The translations under genes were made by a program, and so were the position numbers. From a virus (taxonomy: Duplodnaviria; Caudoviricetes), in IMG/VR virus record IMGVR_UViG_2593339273_000007, positions 10,582 to 74,581 of that record: a stretch of DNA of 64,000 nucleotides; one strand, 5' to 3'. This document shows positions 27,119 to 36,209 of the stretch, piece after piece. Under the pieces are notes generated by a model that did no database searches, had not been told where the DNA came from, and saw nothing but the letters and a program-made list of their open reading frames with translations. Each line of letters starts with the position of its first letter. Positions within the stretch are counted from its first letter, which is position 1.

Positions 27119-30100
27119 TTACTTTGCGTGTTTTCTTTTTCTAATACCTAACAGAATAAGTAAACTTCCTGAAGCGAACATCAACCAAGCATATAGGGAT
27201 AGGTTTGCTCCATCTCCTGTTTTAGGTAAGCTATTGTTTGTACTTGTGTTTGGTACTTTCGGTTTTTCAGTATTTGGTGGTGTTGGTGGAGTTTCTTTCT
27301 CATTAGTGATAGTAAGCCCATCTTTCATGCTTCCTCCATAGACTACCTTATACTGCTTGCCATCAAATTTAATGGCATTACCATCTTCTCCTACTTCTTT
27401 AACTGTGTATTTGTAGTAGTCTGTACTTCCAAGTCCATTTGCCACTGCAAGATTTTTGAATACTCCGCTCCAGTTATTACCTGCATTTAATTCAAGTGTT
27501 TTTCCTGTAGGATTACCATCTTTATATAGTTCTACGGTAATTTTTTCCGTTGGAGCTGTAATGGTGTTTCCTTTATGGTCTTTCCACAGCTTTGTTACCT
27601 TGACTTCCCTAATTGGAGGTTCCATAGGTGTCCATGGTTTTTCCTTTTGATTAGTGATGGTAAAGCCGTCTTTCATGCTTCCGCTATAACTTACCTTAAA
27701 CCACTTACCATCAAGTTTAATGGAACCTGTTGTTTCTCCGATTTCCTTTACTGTATATTGGTAATAATTGGTGCTTCCAAGTCCATCTGCTACTTCAAGG
27801 TTCTTAAACTCTCCTGTCCAGTTATTATCCTTTGTTAGTTCAAGTTTCTTTCCTGTGGCTACTCCATCTTTGTATAGTTCTACTTCAACTTTTTCAACAG
27901 GAGCAGTTAAAACATTTCCATTATCATTTTTCCATTCCTTAGTAACCTTGATAGTTCTTGTTGGTGGCTCCATTGGTGTCCATGGCGTCTTTTCTTTGTT
28001 GGTAATGGTAAAACCATCTGCCATAGTTCCGTCATAACTTACTCCGAACCACTTACCATCAAACTGAATAGCAGAACCAATTTCCCCTACTTCTTTGACA
28101 GTATATTTATAGTAGTTGGTACTTCCAAGTCCGTCTGCCACTTCAAGGTTCTTAAACTCTCCTGTCCAGTTATTATCTTTTGTCAGTTCAAGTTTCTTGC
28201 CTGTAGCGTCTCCGTCCTTATATAGTTCTACTTCTATCTTTGTATCAGGTATATTGTTTCCTGCAAGAAGGTCCCATGCCTTTGTTACCTTGATAGTTCT
28301 TGTTGGTGGTATCATCGGTGTCCATGGCGTCTTTTCTTTGTTGGTAATGGTAAAACCATCTGCCATAGTTCCGTCATAGCTTACTCCGAACCATTTATCA
28401 TTGAATTGAATAGCTGATCCAACTTCCCCTACTTCTTTAACGGTATACTTATGAATGGTAGGATTTTCTATTGACTCATAGACTTTCAGTTTTTCAAAAG
28501 TTACCGTCCAGTTATTATCCTTTGTAAGCTCTTTTATATCTCCTGTGGCAATTCCGTCTTTATATAGTTCTACTTTAATCTTATCAACAGGAGCTTCATT
28601 CAAATTACTTCCTGAAATGTCTTTCCACTCTTTAGTTACCTTAATATCTCTTGTAGGTGGTATCATCGGTGTCCAAGGGGAAAGTTTTTTGTTGGTAACT
28701 GTTAGTCCATCTTGTGTGTTGCCTCCGTAGCTAACCTTATACCAATCTCCATTAAGCTGAATGGAATTAGCTGTTTCTCCTACTTCTTTTACTGTGTAGT
28801 TATATTCATTTCCTTGTGCATCTGTTTTATCAAGGTCGGTCCAAGTATATGTGGTTGTTCCGTTTGTTAATTCAATCGGACTCCCCTCATTTTGTCCGTT
28901 CTTTAGAAGCTGTAATTTGATTGTCGGATGATTTCCTGTTACACCTTCCCATTCTTTGGTTACTTTTACCTCTGTTTTATCTTGTGTATTCTTAATAATC
29001 CATAAGTTGTCAGATTCCTGTTCATAGGTAGCTGCATAACCTTGCGGAACATTCTTCTCTACCACCTTATATTTAATAAGCGTACCGTCCGCTGTATACT
29101 TATCAAGTCCCGTAAAGGTGTGCTTCCAACCTTCACTTTTCTTGAGTTCATATTCTTTTATTACATCGTTGCTACCTTCAGCTCTAAGCTCTACAAGTAC
29201 AGAATCTCTTTCTGCTCCTATCCATTTCTTTTTTACAGAAACTTCTGTTTTTTCAACATTGGTATTGGTGATAACCCACTTGCCTGTTGGATCTTTTTCG
29301 TAAGAAACTTTATATCCATTTGGAACATTTTTCTCTACTACCTTGTATTTAATAAGCGTGCCGTCCGGTGCGTATTTATCAAGTCCTGTAAAGATATGTT
29401 CCCAATTTTCATTTGCCTTAAGCTCATATTCTGCTACTACATCATTACTACCTTCGGCTTTAACCTGTACGACTACAGAATCACCTGCTGGTCCTACCCA
29501 TTTCTTTTCTACAGGAATATCTACCTTTTCATTATTGGTATTTGTTATGATAAAGCCATCTCCTATTGAACCTGAAATAGATGGAGTATACCCCTGCAAG
29601 ACATCTTTTTCCTCTGCAATGTATTTAATTTCTTCACCTGTTTTAGCATTGTATTTTCTAAGGTTTGTAAAAGTATATTCCCAATCAGGAGCAGACAGTT
29701 TATGTTCAGCAACCGGTACTCCATCTGCTTTCAAAACAACTGTAACTTCAGAACCTACCGGTCCTATCCATTTCTTTTGGACTTTAATGTCTATTTTCTC
29801 CGGTTCGTTTGTGATTGTTTTTATCTCAAGATTATCAGATGTAACGACCACTGTATATTTCGTGTTGTCAACCAAATAATGATCCGGTGCGGCTATTTCT
29901 TCTATTTCATACTCTCCCGGAATCAATTGCATAGTAACAGCTTCTCCATTTGAATCGGTTATGACCTCAAATGTTGCTCCTGAGGCTTTTCTTGTGATTT
30001 TAAATTTAGCATTTTTTAATTTAATTTCTTCATTATCTTCAGCAACTTTAACGATTTTAATCTTGCTCGTTAAATTTCCTTGTCCGCCACCGCCACTTTC

Positions 30101-31081
30101 TGCATCTTGAAACTGACTTTGTACAATTTTCCCTGTTTCTGTGCTTGTAAGTTCAGCTGTATTTTTTAATTTAAGTCCTTGTCTATATGTTGAACGATAA
30201 TGCAGCATATAGGCTTTCCCATCAAGATTTCCCATGCTATAAGTGAAACTTCTTTTATCTGAAGATAATGTGACTTGATTACTTACATTTACAGGATTTT
30301 TTTCAACAGGTTTACCATCTTCAAAGACTATTTCATATAAAACAAACTCACCTGCCACATACTCAATGCCTTCTGGACTTCCCGGATCTTCCACTTCCAA
30401 TGTATCTTTGATAATAACATTGTTCAAATCACCTTGCTTTGCGTTTATTCGGATTCTCCATCTGACCAGACTGTCACTTGTTAATGTTTGCCCTGAAACT
30501 TTATAAAGAATCTCATTTCCATATTGTGGTGGCACATATGGTTTTAATGTAATATGCGGATTAAAAGAACCGACAGCAATTTCGTATTCACCCTCCTGCT
30601 CGACAGGATATGATGTTGTATTCCATCTTGCTGTTAAGTGCATATCTCCAGTTATATTGAACTTATCATTGACATAGCTTGTAAAGGTTACTTTAATTTT
30701 ACCGCCACCGGGTTCTTGCGGTGTAATAACAGCCCTTGCCATCAACTCCCCTGAAGGAGCATTTATATCAAAATTACAGTATGATGACTCTGGTGGAAAT
30801 TTAAACTGATCCGGTAAGTCTATTTCAAAGTAATCTCCTTCGTGTAGTTCATTTCCATGACTTGAAGCATCCCACTTATAGTTCAACTTAAATAATGAGT
30901 TGGAAAAATACCCATCAGGTGGTACAACACCTTCTGAATTTGTGATACTAAAATCTGTAATGTTAACTTGAACTTCCTTGTTCTCCGCAAATACAGTTTC
31001 AATTGGTATAAACATACCTAAAAGCATAACAAAAACTAAGAAGAATGAAGTTAGCTTTTGTATGTTACCTCTTTTTTTCAT
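27119..31081 (-). CDS. cell-wall-anchored collagen-adhesin-like protein (Ig-like A region, CnaB repeats, LPXTG)
   Basis: Signal peptide; repeated VxKxW...YxVxE...ITN CnaB units; LPKTG, TM and RKRKH tail. Confidence 0.92.
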   Translation of the reverse strand: MKKRGNIQKLTSFFLVFVMLLGMFIPIETVFAENKEVQVNITDFSITNSEGVVPPDGYFSNSLFKLNYKWDASSHGNELHEGDYFEIDLPDQFKFPPESSYCNFDINAPSGELMARAVITPQEPGGGKIKVTFTSYVNDKFNITGDMHLTARWNTTSYPVEQEGEYEIAVGSFNPHITLKPYVPPQYGNEILYKVSGQTLTSDSLVRWRIRINAKQGDLNNVIIKDTLEVEDPGSPEGIEYVAGEFVLYEIVFEDGKPVEKNPVNVSNQVTLSSDKRSFTYSMGNLDGKAYMLHYRSTYRQGLKLKNTAELTSTETGKIVQSQFQDAESGGGGQGNLTSKIKIVKVAEDNEEIKLKNAKFKITRKASGATFEVITDSNGEAVTMQLIPGEYEIEEIAAPDHYLVDNTKYTVVVTSDNLEIKTITNEPEKIDIKVQKKWIGPVGSEVTVVLKADGVPVAEHKLSAPDWEYTFTNLRKYNAKTGEEIKYIAEEKDVLQGYTPSISGSIGDGFIITNTNNEKVDIPVEKKWVGPAGDSVVVQVKAEGSNDVVAEYELKANENWEHIFTGLDKYAPDGTLIKYKVVEKNVPNGYKVSYEKDPTGKWVITNTNVEKTEVSVKKKWIGAERDSVLVELRAEGSNDVIKEYELKKSEGWKHTFTGLDKYTADGTLIKYKVVEKNVPQGYAATYEQESDNLWIIKNTQDKTEVKVTKEWEGVTGNHPTIKLQLLKNGQNEGSPIELTNGTTTYTWTDLDKTDAQGNEYNYTVKEVGETANSIQLNGDWYKVSYGGNTQDGLTVTNKKLSPWTPMIPPTRDIKVTKEWKDISGSNLNEAPVDKIKVELYKDGIATGDIKELTKDNNWTVTFEKLKVYESIENPTIHKYTVKEVGEVGSAIQFNDKWFGVSYDGTMADGFTITNKEKTPWTPMIPPTRTIKVTKAWDLLAGNNIPDTKIEVELYKDGDATGKKLELTKDNNWTGEFKNLEVADGLGSTNYYKYTVKEVGEIGSAIQFDGKWFGVSYDGTMADGFTITNKEKTPWTPMEPPTRTIKVTKEWKNDNGNVLTAPVEKVEVELYKDGVATGKKLELTKDNNWTGEFKNLEVADGLGSTNYYQYTVKEIGETTGSIKLDGKWFKVSYSGSMKDGFTITNQKEKPWTPMEPPIREVKVTKLWKDHKGNTITAPTEKITVELYKDGNPTGKTLELNAGNNWSGVFKNLAVANGLGSTDYYKYTVKEVGEDGNAIKFDGKQYKVVYGGSMKDGLTITNEKETPPTPPNTEKPKVPNTSTNNSLPKTGDGANLSLYAWLMFASGSLLILLGIRKRKHAK
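27300..29800. repeat. intragenic CnaB tandem repeats (two sub-families, ~345 bp and ~276 bp)
   Basis: Long near-identical DNA blocks, e.g. around 27770 vs 28118 and 29050 vs 29326; PWTPMxPPTR linkers. Confidence 0.85.
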
Positions 31082-31356
31082 CTGTTTTCTATCTCCTTCC
31101 TTTGTTTATTGCTTCAATCTCTGGAAATAAACTTAGACTTTAAATGTCAATAATGTTAGACTTTGCGTGCCATTTTCTGGTATAATGATTAAAATAGGTT
31201 TGTTGTGTGATTCACTATGGATTTGACGACTTTTGGTAGATGTTAGGCAGCACTTAATTTATAGGTTTTTGTCTGTAAATTAAAGTCTACTTTTTTTGAC
31301 GATTTACTACAATTATATTTTGATTACGACTTTTGAACCTTATCACAGGTTCTTTT

Positions 31357-31962
31357 TCATTTTTCTCTTGTATATCCTCTTTCCTTCAGCCAGTTGGAAA
31401 AGGTAGTATGGCTTACACCAAGTTCTTTGGCTCCGGCTCTTAAGCCTATTTCTTTTTTGCTCCATTTATTAGCCATATTCTCAAATTCTTTAGGAATATC
31501 TTTTTTACTTCTGCCGAATTTTACTCCTCTTTTCTTGGCTTCTCTTATCCCTTCCATCTGTCTTTGATGGGTATTTTCTCTTTCTATCTGAGCTACATAG
31601 GATAATATCTGTAAGACAATATCGGCTATAAACTTTCCGGTTATATCACTTACCTTTGTTCTTGTATCAAGAAGAGGAAAATCAAGTACGATGATTTCAG
31701 CATTTTTCTCTTTGGTAATTAGATTCCATTCCTTAATAATTTCATCATAGTTTCTTCCCAGTCTGTCTATGGATTTAATATATAGCTCATCTCCCGATTT
31801 TAGTTTTCTGATGAGCTTTTTATATTTCCTGCGGTTAAAGTCTTTCCCGCTTGCCTTGTCGATATAAATTTTATTCATTTCTACTCCCTCTTTCAAAATA
31901 GCAGTTAATTGCCTGTCTATATTTTGTTCCTTTGTCGATACTCTAATATATCCGTATTTCAT
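31357..31962 (-). CDS. small serine recombinase (resolvase/invertase)
   Basis: YGYIRVST, DKASG, SIDRLGR, GVKFGR, C-terminal HTH. Confidence 0.93.
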   Translation of the reverse strand: MKYGYIRVSTKEQNIDRQLTAILKEGVEMNKIYIDKASGKDFNRRKYKKLIRKLKSGDELYIKSIDRLGRNYDEIIKEWNLITKEKNAEIIVLDFPLLDTRTKVSDITGKFIADIVLQILSYVAQIERENTHQRQMEGIREAKKRGVKFGRSKKDIPKEFENMANKWSKKEIGLRAGAKELGVSHTTFSNWLKERGYTREK

Positions 31963-32144
31963 ATATATCCCTCCGTTTCTTTATTCATAAATTAGATATT
32001 ATACGGATACCTTAAGAAAGACCTTTTTATTTTTGAAAAAGAAAAAGAAGCCTTTTGGATTTTGTTATCCATTGAGCTTCTTTGATTCTTACTCTGTAAG
32101 TTTATGAGGGTTATTCTGCTTTAACAATCTTAATTTTTACTTCC

Positions 32145-32402
32145 TTGACAACAGTTCTATAGTCACACACCCTAAAAACACCTTAAAAACAATAGTCCTG
32201 TTGTTACACCAAGCAAAAAAAGTAGTTCTATTGCTACGACCTCTGATTTCCCAGTGGTCAGAACTATTGTCAAACGCTCTAAAATCATAGTATAAACTCG
32301 TTGTCCAAACTTCTGTATTTTTCTCTAAACCTTTTGATTTCAAGGCTTTTCTATGCTTTTTTTCCTTACTTTCTTGACAGAAGAACTATAGTCTCCACAT
32401 GA
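32145..32402. repeat. 258-bp element-end repeat, copy 1 (att end of the ICE)
   Basis: Aligns with 34313-34570 at a constant 2168-bp offset; minus strand 32401-32366 reads HVETIVLLSRK*. Confidence 0.92.
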
Positions 32403-32642
32403 GATTATTAGGCTATTTTGGAAAATTAAATATCTCTGCAAAACCCATTGATTTTATCATAACTATAACATTTCTATTGTTTCAATCATATAATTTTTGA
32501 TTAGGCTATTTTACATAATATAGAAATTATTAATCTTTTTCAGAGATTTATCGCTCGAAATATCTACCCAGCATCAACTGACATTTTTTAATTTGCATAT
32601 AGTCGCAACTTTAAAATAATAATATACTTATTTTCACTAAAC

Positions 32643-33263
32643 CTATTTTAATTTATCTGCAGCCGGATCCACTTCATACCAATGTTCTGAATTTCTTTTA
32701 CACTGTAATGCAGCCACTCTTTTTGTAACTTCACGCTTTATTTTTCCATCTGAATTTAATACATCTATCCACTCTACTGGTTTATTGAAGTATTTCATTT
32801 TTCCACCACATATAGGACATTTTTCAATATGAATTTTTTCTATTGTAATCTTCCTTCCAAGTCCACTTATCGCATAATTAAAGAATAAGGGGTGTCTAGT
32901 TTCTTTTTTTGTGATACTCCTTAACCAGAATATCAGCACCAAAACTAGCATTGTTACAGCAAAAATTACGGCATATATATTATTGTTTGTGTTAACTTGA
33001 TTACTCTTGTTGGTCAATAAATTAATTACAGGTTCAAATGTTTTATACATTGGAAAAACCCCTATCAATGAAATGAAAAATCCCATCCATGAAAGTAATG
33101 CCATTGTTATAGGACTTCTCCAAACAGGATCTGGTGTATATTTCGCAATCCTATCTTCTTCATGTTCACTAAATTTGTTATTTCCTGTCACGATATTAGT
33201 AGGTCCATTAAAAACATTTCCTGAAAAATTATTAATATTTGACTTAGAATATTTATCTCCCAT
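32643..33263 (-). CDS. hypothetical protein with two TM helices and a C-terminal CxxC..C..H Zn-ribbon
   Basis: AGGAGG RBS before ATG 33263; two hydrophobic segments; CPICGG...CKRNSEH. Confidence 0.75.
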   Translation of the reverse strand: MGDKYSKSNINNFSGNVFNGPTNIVTGNNKFSEHEEDRIAKYTPDPVWRSPITMALLSWMGFFISLIGVFPMYKTFEPVINLLTNKSNQVNTNNNIYAVIFAVTMLVLVLIFWLRSITKKETRHPLFFNYAISGLGRKITIEKIHIEKCPICGGKMKYFNKPVEWIDVLNSDGKIKREVTKRVAALQCKRNSEHWYEVDPAADKLK

Positions 33264-33276
33264 ATGTATCCTCCTA

Positions 33277-34221
33277 TTATTTTCCTCTCTTCGAGCTATA
33301 TTTTTTATTCTTTCTACGCACTGTTCCATCTTCTAAAACTTCCACATTGCTGCGGGACTCCATCTCAAGTTGAACTGCTTCAAATTGCTCTTTTGATATT
33401 ATTCCCTCATGGTGTTCCTTATTCAAATACTGATTCTCGGAGCCGCCGGAATCAGCAATTGCCACATCTCCTGTATACTTCTGCCTTGTTAATGTGGATT
33501 CAATTCCTTTTTTGCTCCAGCGTTCTTTTCCTTTTGGCGATTTAATACCGTTTGTTTCCAATCTCTTTATAATTCCACCTATGCTACACCCCTCCAGATA
33601 CCAATTAAAAATATCTCTGACGACTTTAGCTTGTTCGTCATCAATAACTAGCATTCCATATTTATCTTTTTTGTATCCATAGCAAGGACGATTATATAAT
33701 CCTGATGTACCGTTCTCTGCTTTCCTCTTCAGCCCCCAACGTATATTTTCACTTCTCCATTCATTCTCAGACTGTTCACAAGCTTCAATCACACTTATAA
33801 GCAATTCATCGCCTATTGCTTCTGTGTCAATCTTATCTCGTTCAAAAATAATTCTTTTGCCCGCTGCACGAATCTTTCGTATGGCTTCCAGACATTCCTG
33901 TGTGTCACGTCCAAAACGACTAATACTTTTTGTAAGTATAATATCGATATTTCCTTTTTCACATTCACTTATCATTCTATTGAATTCTATTCTTGATGTT
34001 CCTGTTTTAGCAGAAGCAACATCTAAAAAAATATCTGCTACAAACCAAGTCCTATGAGCTACCGCCAATCTAGTGAGTCCTGATACTTGTGTAGACAAAC
34101 TTTCCATTTGTTCCTTACGGTTTGTACTCACACGAGCGTAGATACCAACAGCATAATCCTTAATCACTCTACGAGGTTGTATCACTGTTATATTTTCATG
34201 AATTCTATTTAGTTCATCCAC
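33277..34221 (-). CDS. large-serine-recombinase family protein (resolvase + recombinase domains, no Zn-ribbon/coiled coil)
   Basis: GIYARVST, TKSISRFGR, SENIRWG, CYGY, YTGD, HEGIISKEQFEAVQ. Confidence 0.92.
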   Translation of the reverse strand: MDELNRIHENITVIQPRRVIKDYAVGIYARVSTNRKEQMESLSTQVSGLTRLAVAHRTWFVADIFLDVASAKTGTSRIEFNRMISECEKGNIDIILTKSISRFGRDTQECLEAIRKIRAAGKRIIFERDKIDTEAIGDELLISVIEACEQSENEWRSENIRWGLKRKAENGTSGLYNRPCYGYKKDKYGMLVIDDEQAKVVRDIFNWYLEGCSIGGIIKRLETNGIKSPKGKERWSKKGIESTLTRQKYTGDVAIADSGGSENQYLNKEHHEGIISKEQFEAVQLEMESRSNVEVLEDGTVRRKNKKYSSKRGK

Positions 34222-34312
34222 ACTCGAGTCCCCTTTCAAATTTAGTATAATTAAATTGCTAATTTAGCATAATGATTATTAGTCTATTATCGTAATTCTT
34301 AATCAAAAAAAT

Positions 34313-34570
34313 TTGACAACAGTTCTATAGTCACACACCCTAAAAACACCTCAAAAACAATAGTACCGTTGTTACACCAAGCAAAAAAAGCAGTTCTGTT
34401 GCCACACCCCTCTATTTTCCAGTGGTCAGAACTATTGTCAAATGCTCTAAAATCACAATGTAACCCCTCTGTCCAAACCTCTGCATTTTTCTCTAAACCT
34501 TTTGATTTCAAGGCTTTTATACAACTTTTCTTCTTACTTCCTTGACAGAAGAACTATGGTCTCCACATGA
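34313..34570. repeat. 258-bp element-end repeat, copy 2 (junction with the prophage)
   Basis: Direct repeat of 32145-32402; 34569-34534 encodes HVETIVLLSRK* in frame with the phage tail gene. Confidence 0.92.
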
Positions 34571-35526
34571 ACACTATATTTACCACCTGACCATGTATGT
34601 TTATCTTTATCAATATAGAACTCTCCAACTAATCCTGTAAAGCTATCCTTAACCTGTACCTTGTAGCCACATTTACAATCTATATTGCCAAATCCTGAAA
34701 TACTACAAGTTTTTTCAGGACCCTTTAATTCATTTTTAATTTCATCATCAGATAAAGCCTTATCCTTTCCTTGTTCAATAACCTTAGTTATATAATGATA
34801 TAATTTTTTTAGCTGTGGATCGATTTTTTCTTTTACCTTGTTTCCTTTTTCATCAACAACCAATACCCTACTTACCATATCATTCATCGATATTTTATAG
34901 CTAGCTGATTCTATATTGCTTGACTCCTCAAACATAAGCTTCAATTTAACTATACCTTTTTCAACGACGTTAAACTTATCCAAATCAACTTCAATCATGT
35001 ATTTTTTATGAGCTTTATCTTTCTTAGAATGCTCTGTATACGCACTCATTATAACATCATATCTAGTAGCACCAATAAACAGCTTTGTAATTTTAGTTTC
35101 AGCAGGTGCAAGCTTACCATAAGCTAAAGCATGTTGACCGTCTTTTCCCTTAAACACCGCTTTTGCAATATCACAAGCTGTTGTGTTTACAAAATTATAA
35201 CTTACTTGATCCTTACTCAATAAGAAGCCTATATCAAAAGCCGTCATAGATAGACGATTATCTGTATTTGATTTATCAATATCTATTATAGTTCCTCTGA
35301 ATATCTCTTTTCCACCTACATAAAAACAACAAGTAGAGCCTTCTACTATACCTATTTGTTGTATTTTTGAGTCATTTACTGCTTGGATAAATGAAAACTC
35401 CAAACACCTAGATGGGGATTTAATATCCCCACTCCAGGTAACAGATGATAGTACGCTAGATAGTTTATAAAATTTACCTTGTCTAATGTGAACTATTAGT
35501 TCTATGTCTTCATTTTTATACTTCAT
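34534..35526 (-). CDS. XkdQ/YqbQ-like tail/baseplate hub protein; last 11 residues supplied by the element att
   Basis: VTWSGD..RCLEF, AFDIGFLL, GYKVQVKD..GEFYIDKDKHTW; follows the LysM gene. Confidence 0.85.
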   Translation of the reverse strand: MKYKNEDIELIVHIRQGKFYKLSSVLSSVTWSGDIKSPSRCLEFSFIQAVNDSKIQQIGIVEGSTCCFYVGGKEIFRGTIIDIDKSNTDNRLSMTAFDIGFLLSKDQVSYNFVNTTACDIAKAVFKGKDGQHALAYGKLAPAETKITKLFIGATRYDVIMSAYTEHSKKDKAHKKYMIEVDLDKFNVVEKGIVKLKLMFEESSNIESASYKISMNDMVSRVLVVDEKGNKVKEKIDPQLKKLYHYITKVIEQGKDKALSDDEIKNELKGPEKTCSISGFGNIDCKCGYKVQVKDSFTGLVGEFYIDKDKHTWSGGKYSVHVETIVLLSRK

Positions 35527-36206
35527 TAAGGTATCACCAACTTCCAACCACTATATATTACATTAGATTTTTTTAATTGTGGGTACTTCTTTAAATTCTC
35601 TGCATTTGATGTTATCTTTTTATATTTAGAGCCATTACCGTAATATTTCTGTGCAATCATAAATAGATATTCACCATGCTTTACAGTATGTATTTTAGAG
35701 CTTTTACTTAACTCATTTTTTTCTAGGTTTCTCGAATACACTTTATTTGGAACTGTATTTGATGGATTTGAACTCTTTGAGGTGTTCGGAGGTGTCCATT
35801 CTGGAATAATGATATCTTCATCTTCCTTTAACTCTAATGTGAAATATACATCCCCACTTCCATCTTTTTCAAGAAACTCAAAATGGCTTATTCTTACAGG
35901 TATGTTAATAGGTGTCGATGTCACAATATATCTAAGTCTTTCCCCATCTCTACACCATTTTTCTAGCTTATTAACGTAACTATATGGGTCTGTTGTAGGT
36001 CCATCTATAAATTGATAATTAGCACCCTCATGTGGGAAAAAACTGGATAAACTAATCGAGGAAGGCTCATATCCATTAAAGATATTTACCTTCCCTTTTT
36101 TTACTATATTTTCCCCTGAGATATCAGCATTGATATTTTTCCCTATCTCTGACGGTATAACCGGAAATCTTAAATTTTCAGTATTTGAATTTAGATATAC
36201 TTCCAA
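35526..36206 (-). CDS. XkdP-like LysM-domain tail protein
   Basis: FPVIP, LSSFFP, GDVYFTLELKE; LysM HTVKHGEYLFMIAQKYYG..IYSGWKLVIP. Confidence 0.88.
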   Translation of the reverse strand: MEVYLNSNTENLRFPVIPSEIGKNINADISGENIVKKGKVNIFNGYEPSSISLSSFFPHEGANYQFIDGPTTDPYSYVNKLEKWCRDGERLRYIVTSTPINIPVRISHFEFLEKDGSGDVYFTLELKEDEDIIIPEWTPPNTSKSSNPSNTVPNKVYSRNLEKNELSKSSKIHTVKHGEYLFMIAQKYYGNGSKYKKITSNAENLKKYPQLKKSNVIYSGWKLVIP

Positions 36207-36209
36207 GTT

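Larger units (their letters stand above)
1..32402 (-). mobile_element. Integrative conjugative element (VirB4/VirD4 T4SS, RepA_N, ParAB); continues beyond the left window edge
   Basis: Co-directional gene set parA-parB-repA-dnaC-pcfB-virD4-maff2-virB6-prgI-virB4-CHAP-topB typical of Firmicute ICEs. Ends at an att-like sequence at 32366-32402. Relaxase and main integrase are not in the window. Confidence 0.93.
32403..34570 (-). mobile_element. 2.17-kb mini integrative element (serine recombinase + one cargo gene) accreted on the ICE end
   Basis: Bounded by the shared gtctccacatga att core; encodes its own recombinase. Confidence 0.75.

Noticed and set aside
32137-34511. Paralogous 68-aa and 70-aa ORFs (MKSKGLEKN...) at 32137-32343 and 34299-34511
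   Set aside because: They lie wholly within the att/end repeats, start at TTG without an RBS, and their similarity is explained by the DNA repeat. Treated as non-coding.
27300-34570. Diversity-generating retroelement suggested by near-identical repeat pairs
   Set aside because: No reverse transcriptase in the window, and the differences are not confined to adenines.
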